A stretch of DNA of 64,000 nucleotides from positions 32,001 through 96,000 of the forward strand of contig JAZDQA010000011.1 of assembly GCA_043797085.1 (NCBI GenBank), written 5' to 3'. The stretch is from Pseudomonadota bacterium. GTDB taxonomy: Bacteria; Campylobacterota; Campylobacteria; Campylobacterales; Sulfurimonadaceae. Made by a program: the position numbers and the translations under genes. Each line of letters begins with the position of its first letter. The stretch's first letter is position 1. The notes beneath the pieces were generated by a model. It did not search any database. It was not told the origin of the DNA and saw only the letters and a program-made list of their open reading frames with translations. Positions 59,958 through 64,000 of the stretch are shown in pieces.

Positions 59958-60117
59958 ACTGTACGGCTGTTATTGAAGCTCATGGCGTATTCGCCTCGAG
60001 ATGAATGTTGTATAGGGTAGAAGTGCGACCTGTATCCTTAACCGGACGAAATAAATGCTTGAATAGCATAAGCCTTGAGCTGCGTGCTAACTGTAGGCCA
60101 TTACCAAAGAGGGAAAC

Positions 60118-61212
60118 GTGGGAAAAGTATTCGATCAAATCATAATGATGGAGAACGCCTTGGATGCTTTCAGACTGATTCGAAAAGGGCATTCAGAAGA
60201 TTATTCGATGCTCAAGTTCGAAAGCAACCTGATGGCCAATATCCAAACGATTGTCGGGAGCATAAAAGACGGGACCTACTCCGTAAAGGGGTATCGGATA
60301 CTCGTCGTGCGAGAACCGAAAGAGCGAAATATTTACGCACCTTATATTGAGGATCGATTAGTACAGCAGATGATCTACAGCGCCATCGAACCTTTTCTTG
60401 ACCGAAAGATGGACCATTATTCCGGTGCATGCAGGATTGGAAAAGGGGTTGAGTTTTCACGTAAAAGTACTCAGCGCATGATGCGTTATCGCGATTCAAT
60501 TTGGTATGTCAAGCTCGACATTGATAAGTTTTTTGCGTCTATCGATCACGATGTTCTCAAAAGCATACTTGCAAAGCATATCCGGGACAAAGCCGTGCTA
60601 GAACTGCTTGAGTGTTTTATCGGGAACGGTTTCGGGGACAAGGGGATACCGATCGGCAATCTGCTCAGTCAGCTCTTCGCCAACTTGTATCTCAATGAAC
60701 TCGATCAGTTTGTCCGGCACGATACTAAAGCCGTCCATTATGTTCGGTATATGGATGATTTTATCTGTTTTGCCAAAGATAAAGAATCTGCCCGTGAGTT
60801 AAAGATAGAAGCGATCCGCTTCGTTAATGAACAGCTGAAGCTGAACATTGATAACCGAAAGGTGAAACTTCAAAAGGTTAAACACGGGATCACGTTCCTG
60901 GGGTGCAAGATAAAGGCAAAAAAGATGTTTTTGTCCAAGACGAAAATCAAGAAGATCCGCCATCGGATCAAGCGGTACATTCAAAGCGGATGTTCCACCC
61001 CGATGCAGCATTCGTTCGCGAATATTGTTCCGGAGGATGATACGTTTGTTTTGGCAAAAATATTCCATGTCTACAATGAATTCGCAGGGCGCGGCGAAAA
61101 GCTCCTCATGCTTAAGGCATGCTCTAAAAAGTTCAATGTGTTCATGTCAGGTCAATACCTATTTATAGGTGGCGCAAAAAAGTTATCAAAAATTAAGGAG
61201 GTAACACTATGA
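60118..61212 (+). CDS. DGR reverse transcriptase
   Basis: EPKER.I, DRLVQQ, KLDIDKFFASIDH, GIPIGNLLSQLFAN (SQ motif of DGR RTs), YVRYMDDF, FLG. Confidence 0.95.
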   Translation: MGKVFDQIIMMENALDAFRLIRKGHSEDYSMLKFESNLMANIQTIVGSIKDGTYSVKGYRILVVREPKERNIYAPYIEDRLVQQMIYSAIEPFLDRKMDHYSGACRIGKGVEFSRKSTQRMMRYRDSIWYVKLDIDKFFASIDHDVLKSILAKHIRDKAVLELLECFIGNGFGDKGIPIGNLLSQLFANLYLNELDQFVRHDTKAVHYVRYMDDFICFAKDKESARELKIEAIRFVNEQLKLNIDNRKVKLQKVKHGITFLGCKIKAKKMFLSKTKIKKIRHRIKRYIQSGCSTPMQHSFANIVPEDDTFVLAKIFHVYNEFAGRGEKLLMLKACSKKFNVFMSGQYLFIGGAKKLSKIKEVTL

Positions 61213-62309
61213 GTTTAAATTTTGGAATTAACGGAAGCATCAGCGTCAATGCTGCGCGTCCGATAACAGTCGATTCGACAACCCCGATCGCTATCGTAGC
61301 GACAACGGATATTGTCAATCTTGGAATAAAGTTTTTCGGTAATGCTGAATTGGCACGTTTAGAGTATTCCGCTTCGACAGCCGGTACTCTTATCTCAGCA
61401 CTCGATGCGATCATTGCCCAGGGTGTTCGTTGTCCGATCATTCTTAATATGCTAGATGATTCAGCAACAGATATACAGGTGATAGCAGCGATTAATGCTC
61501 TATCGACCTCTGAAGCCATTACAGGATATCGACCTGATCTTATTATTGCTCCTGGGTTCTCTAGTTCTGCTGCGGTAGGTGCCGCGATGGATGCTATTGC
61601 ATCACGTCTATGGTGTACTGCTATCGTCGATGTGACTGCAACGACTGAGAGTTTAGCACTATCGTTTGCCGGTAACTTCGGAAGCCGTCACGTTCTCCTC
61701 GTTGGTCCCGAATCGATCAGCATTGGTGGGATCGGTATGGCACCATCGGCAGTCTATGCCGGTGTGATCGCGGCGATGGATGCTTCCAATCCATTTGGAT
61801 GGGCAGAGTCTGCATCAAACCGTATTGCCAAAGGGGTTAGCTCAACAACCCGCATCGTCGATTATGCGGACGGTCAGGATTCGGAAGCACGTCGTCTTCG
61901 TAATGCCGGTGTCGCATCAATCGTTCGTGATGTGGGCTGGCGTACTTTTGGTTTTGAGACCACCGACATCGATCCGATCTGGTCACCGCTGAATCGTGTA
62001 CGCTCGTTTTACAAAATGCTTCGCGGCATGATCTTAGCTTCAAAATGGGCGCGTGACCGTGGAGCTGATGAGCTTCTCATGGTTAAACAATCAGTCGAAG
62101 AGTTTATGCGCGGTTTGAAAGGTGCGGGTGTCGTTCTCGGATTCGAGGCGTATTTCGATACTGAAAAGAACACAAAAACAACCGTCACCAATGGACAGTT
62201 TTATTTGACAGTAGAGGTTCAGGATATGCCAACGATCCGTGAACTTAACATCGAGCTTGTCTATGTAGACAATTACAGTGACGTTCTTCTCAACGTCATT
62301 AACGGTTAA
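61209..62309 (+). CDS. tail sheath protein
   Basis: P.LIIAPGFS, PS...AG, S.SNR, GWRTFG..T, VR patterns; precedes the tube gene. Confidence 0.88.
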   Translation: MSLNFGINGSISVNAARPITVDSTTPIAIVATTDIVNLGIKFFGNAELARLEYSASTAGTLISALDAIIAQGVRCPIILNMLDDSATDIQVIAAINALSTSEAITGYRPDLIIAPGFSSSAAVGAAMDAIASRLWCTAIVDVTATTESLALSFAGNFGSRHVLLVGPESISIGGIGMAPSAVYAGVIAAMDASNPFGWAESASNRIAKGVSSTTRIVDYADGQDSEARRLRNAGVASIVRDVGWRTFGFETTDIDPIWSPLNRVRSFYKMLRGMILASKWARDRGADELLMVKQSVEEFMRGLKGAGVVLGFEAYFDTEKNTKTTVTNGQFYLTVEVQDMPTIRELNIELVYVDNYSDVLLNVING

Positions 62310-62319
62310 GGAGTAAACA

Positions 62320-62817
62320 ATGGCTAAATCACGTCAAATCTTTCGCGATATGAACATCCTCGTGGATGGTATCGGCAACGTTGGAGTCAGCAAATCATGC
62401 GAACTCCCAAAAATCGAGTATCTCACGATCGAACGTGACGGTGCGATGGCAATGGAGGAAGTGATCCCCCTCATCAAAGCGATGAGTGCGAAGATCGTCC
62501 TCAACGAATACAACCCATTGGCATTCGTTGCAGCCAGTAACCTATTTGGACTCGGAACGCTGATCATCATTAAAGGGTCTACAGTACAGGATGGTAAATC
62601 TATCCCAGTACTCGCAACCCTTGGTGGAAGCGTCAAGGTTATTGAGTCTCCAATTCCTGAGCGAGGCAAAGAAGTAGAGATGACACTTGAGATCGCAGTA
62701 ACTTCGTATGCGCTTGTAGTAAACAACATTCCGCAAGTTGCGATCGATGTCAAAAACATGGTGTGCGTCATCGGTGGCGTTGATTTGTATGCTGAGCTTC
62801 GCGCTCATATTTTGTAG
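62320..62817 (+). CDS. major tail tube protein (P2 FII-like)
   Basis: N..VDG....G......LPK, ID..N....IGGVD. Confidence 0.85.
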   Translation: MAKSRQIFRDMNILVDGIGNVGVSKSCELPKIEYLTIERDGAMAMEEVIPLIKAMSAKIVLNEYNPLAFVAASNLFGLGTLIIIKGSTVQDGKSIPVLATLGGSVKVIESPIPERGKEVEMTLEIAVTSYALVVNNIPQVAIDVKNMVCVIGGVDLYAELRAHIL

Positions 62818-62827
62818 GGGGTAGACG

Positions 62828-63109
62828 ATGGCTGAAGAAAAAAAAGGATTGCCGGATTATGTTTCGGACGGTGCTGATGGAGCAAAAGTTGTCACTTTAA
62901 CGGATGCAACAAAAGTTACCATGCGTGAGCCTACAGTTAATGACATGATCGTTTCTGAGGATGAAAGCAAAGCGAAAAGCGAAGTTACACTCATCAGTAA
63001 TCTATGTATGTTAACTCCGGCTGATGTTCGGGCAATGAAGATTAAAAACTACACTCGCCTACAGGTGGTACTCGCGCATTTTTTGTACTCCCAAGACGAG
63101 AATGCATAA
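62828..63109 (+). CDS. tail assembly chaperone (P2 gpE-like)
   Basis: MREPTV.D, E..LISNLC.L pattern; ends in a TTTTTTG slippery site. Confidence 0.8.
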   Translation: MAEEKKGLPDYVSDGADGAKVVTLTDATKVTMREPTVNDMIVSEDESKAKSEVTLISNLCMLTPADVRAMKIKNYTRLQVVLAHFLYSQDENA

Positions 63110-63240
63110 GCATAATGGCTTTAGTGGGGCACTGGCTTCATTTTAGCTACACCGACATGCTCGGTATGAAGGTTTCTATTTTATTGGATTTTTTTGATGA
63201 GGCGGTATCGCTCGCAGAAAGTTCAAAAGGGCAGCAATAA
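63079..63240 (+). CDS. gpE'-like extension reached by -1 frameshift
   Basis: The -1 frame is open from T6G at 63079-63085: FFVLPRRECISIMALVGHWLHFSYTDMLGMKVSILLDFFDEAVSLAESSKGQQ*. Confidence 0.7.
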   Translation, partial: FFVLPRRECISIMALVGHWLHFSYTDMLGMKVSILLDFFDEAVSLAESSKGQQ

Positions 63241-63397
63241 AACTGGAAACGATAACCGCTCCTCCGAAATAAGGAGATGCGCTATCGAATCCAAACGCAG
63301 ATACGATCAGGGAAATAAATACCCCGATAAAGACAATTCCTATGATGGACATGGCAAACGTTGACATGGCTTTGATAGTAATGATGAAATTTTCCAT
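63176..63397 (-). CDS. small membrane protein, antisense to the tail operon
   Basis: MENFIITIK... with two TM helices; overlaps the end of the gpE' frame. Confidence 0.5.
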   Translation of the reverse strand: MENFIITIKAMSTFAMSIIGIVFIGVFISLIVSAFGFDSASPYFGGAVIVSSFIAALLNFLRAIPPHQKNPIK

Positions 63398-63429
63398 AAA
63401 AAAAGTATAGCACAGACAAGGAAAACACA

Positions 63430-64000
63430 ATGGATAAGATGCTGGCACTCGGAATCGTATTAAGCGCAAAAGATATGTTCTCCCCAGTGCTATCAAAGCT
63501 CAATGGTGGGATCGGTGATGTTCTAAAAAAAACCGATGCAATGGCTTCCAAAAAAGTCGACTTGAATCAAAAGCTCGATAAAGCCACGCTCTCTGCATAT
63601 GGTTTGGATAGACAGATCAAAGAGATAGATGATGAGCTGAAAGTACTCAATGCCAAAAAAATAAAACTGGATGAGCAATTCAAGTCAGGGGAAATATCTG
63701 CCGAAAAGTTCGGTGCAGAACTCAGCAAGGTCGAACGTAAAAAATCACTACTTGATTCTAAAAAGATGCGATTATCAAGCGACCTGGATGCAACTACCCA
63801 AAGTGCTAAAAAACTTGAAGCCGAACTTAACAAAATAGATAAAGCCACACGCTTTGAAAAAATAGGGAAAGCACTTAAAGAAATCCCAAAAAATGCTACT
63901 CTAGCAGGTACTGCTTTAATAGGGGTAAGCGTTGCTTCACGTGGGGCTGCTGAAACCGTTATCAAATCATATGTTGATTTTGAAGATGAACAAACCCAGT
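63430..64000 (+). CDS. tail tape measure protein, N-terminal part
   Basis: MDKMLALGIVLSAKDMFSPVL..., helical, open to the window end, follows the chaperone genes. Confidence 0.85.
   Translation, partial: MDKMLALGIVLSAKDMFSPVLSKLNGGIGDVLKKTDAMASKKVDLNQKLDKATLSAYGLDRQIKEIDDELKVLNAKKIKLDEQFKSGEISAEKFGAELSKVERKKSLLDSKKMRLSSDLDATTQSAKKLEAELNKIDKATRFEKIGKALKEIPKNATLAGTALIGVSVASRGAAETVIKSYVDFEDEQTQ

Larger units (their letters stand above)
58394..61212 (+). mobile_element. diversity-generating retroelement (target-avd-TR-RT cassette)
   Basis: All components present in the order known from Bordetella phage BPP-1; adenine-specific TR/VR mismatches. Confidence 0.96.
32790..64000. mobile_element. temperate prophage with lambda-like packaging/portal, contractile P2-like tail and a DGR; right end outside the window
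   Basis: Begins at the split tRNA; excisionase-like gene, repressor, helicase, terminase, portal, capsid, baseplate, sheath, tube and tape measure in typical order. Confidence 0.93.

Noticed and set aside
59980..60350. Short ORFs in the TR-RT spacer
   Set aside because: They overlap the presumed DGR RNA spacer and the RT start, and have no motifs.
60118..61212. RT as a group II intron, retron or Abi-type RT
   Set aside because: No maturase or endonuclease extension; the SQ motif, adjacent avd and adenine-specific TR/VR pairs identify a DGR.

Overview
The window has two parts. Bases 1-32750 are chromosomal DNA of what looks like a Campylobacterota bacterium (inferred from gene order such as flhA-rrf2-rpsO and rluD-FN3 lipoprotein-trmB-ftsEX-M23, flgH, rodA). 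It includes a small accessory patch (Cu-ATPase, BrnT/BrnA toxin-antitoxin pair, an AT-rich gene bracketed by inverted REP-like repeats) and an ATP-grasp/alpha-E/double M14-peptidase operon. From about 32790 to the end is a temperate prophage inserted at the anticodon arm of a tRNA(CAT) gene, with a lambda-like terminase and portal, a fused protease-capsid gene and a P2-like contractile tail. The main result is a complete diversity-generating retroelement (DGR) in the tail region: target gene, avd, 110-nt template repeat (TR) and RT. It has two variable repeats. VR1 is in the adjacent Mtd-like gene (10 mismatches to TR, all at TR adenines). VR2 is about 22.7 kb away, on the opposite strand, in a paralogous gene of the leftward early operon next to parAB (14 mismatches, all at TR adenines). 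Both VRs share the same 3' IMH-like sequence and are followed at similar spacing by hairpins that can only close using tandem G-A mismatches. Other signals: a complete second tRNA(CAT) just inside the att site, candidate parS palindromes, replication iterons, TGTCAA operator arrays, and a P2-type -1 frameshift in the tail chaperone. All protein calls come from motif recognition by eye; no database searches were run.
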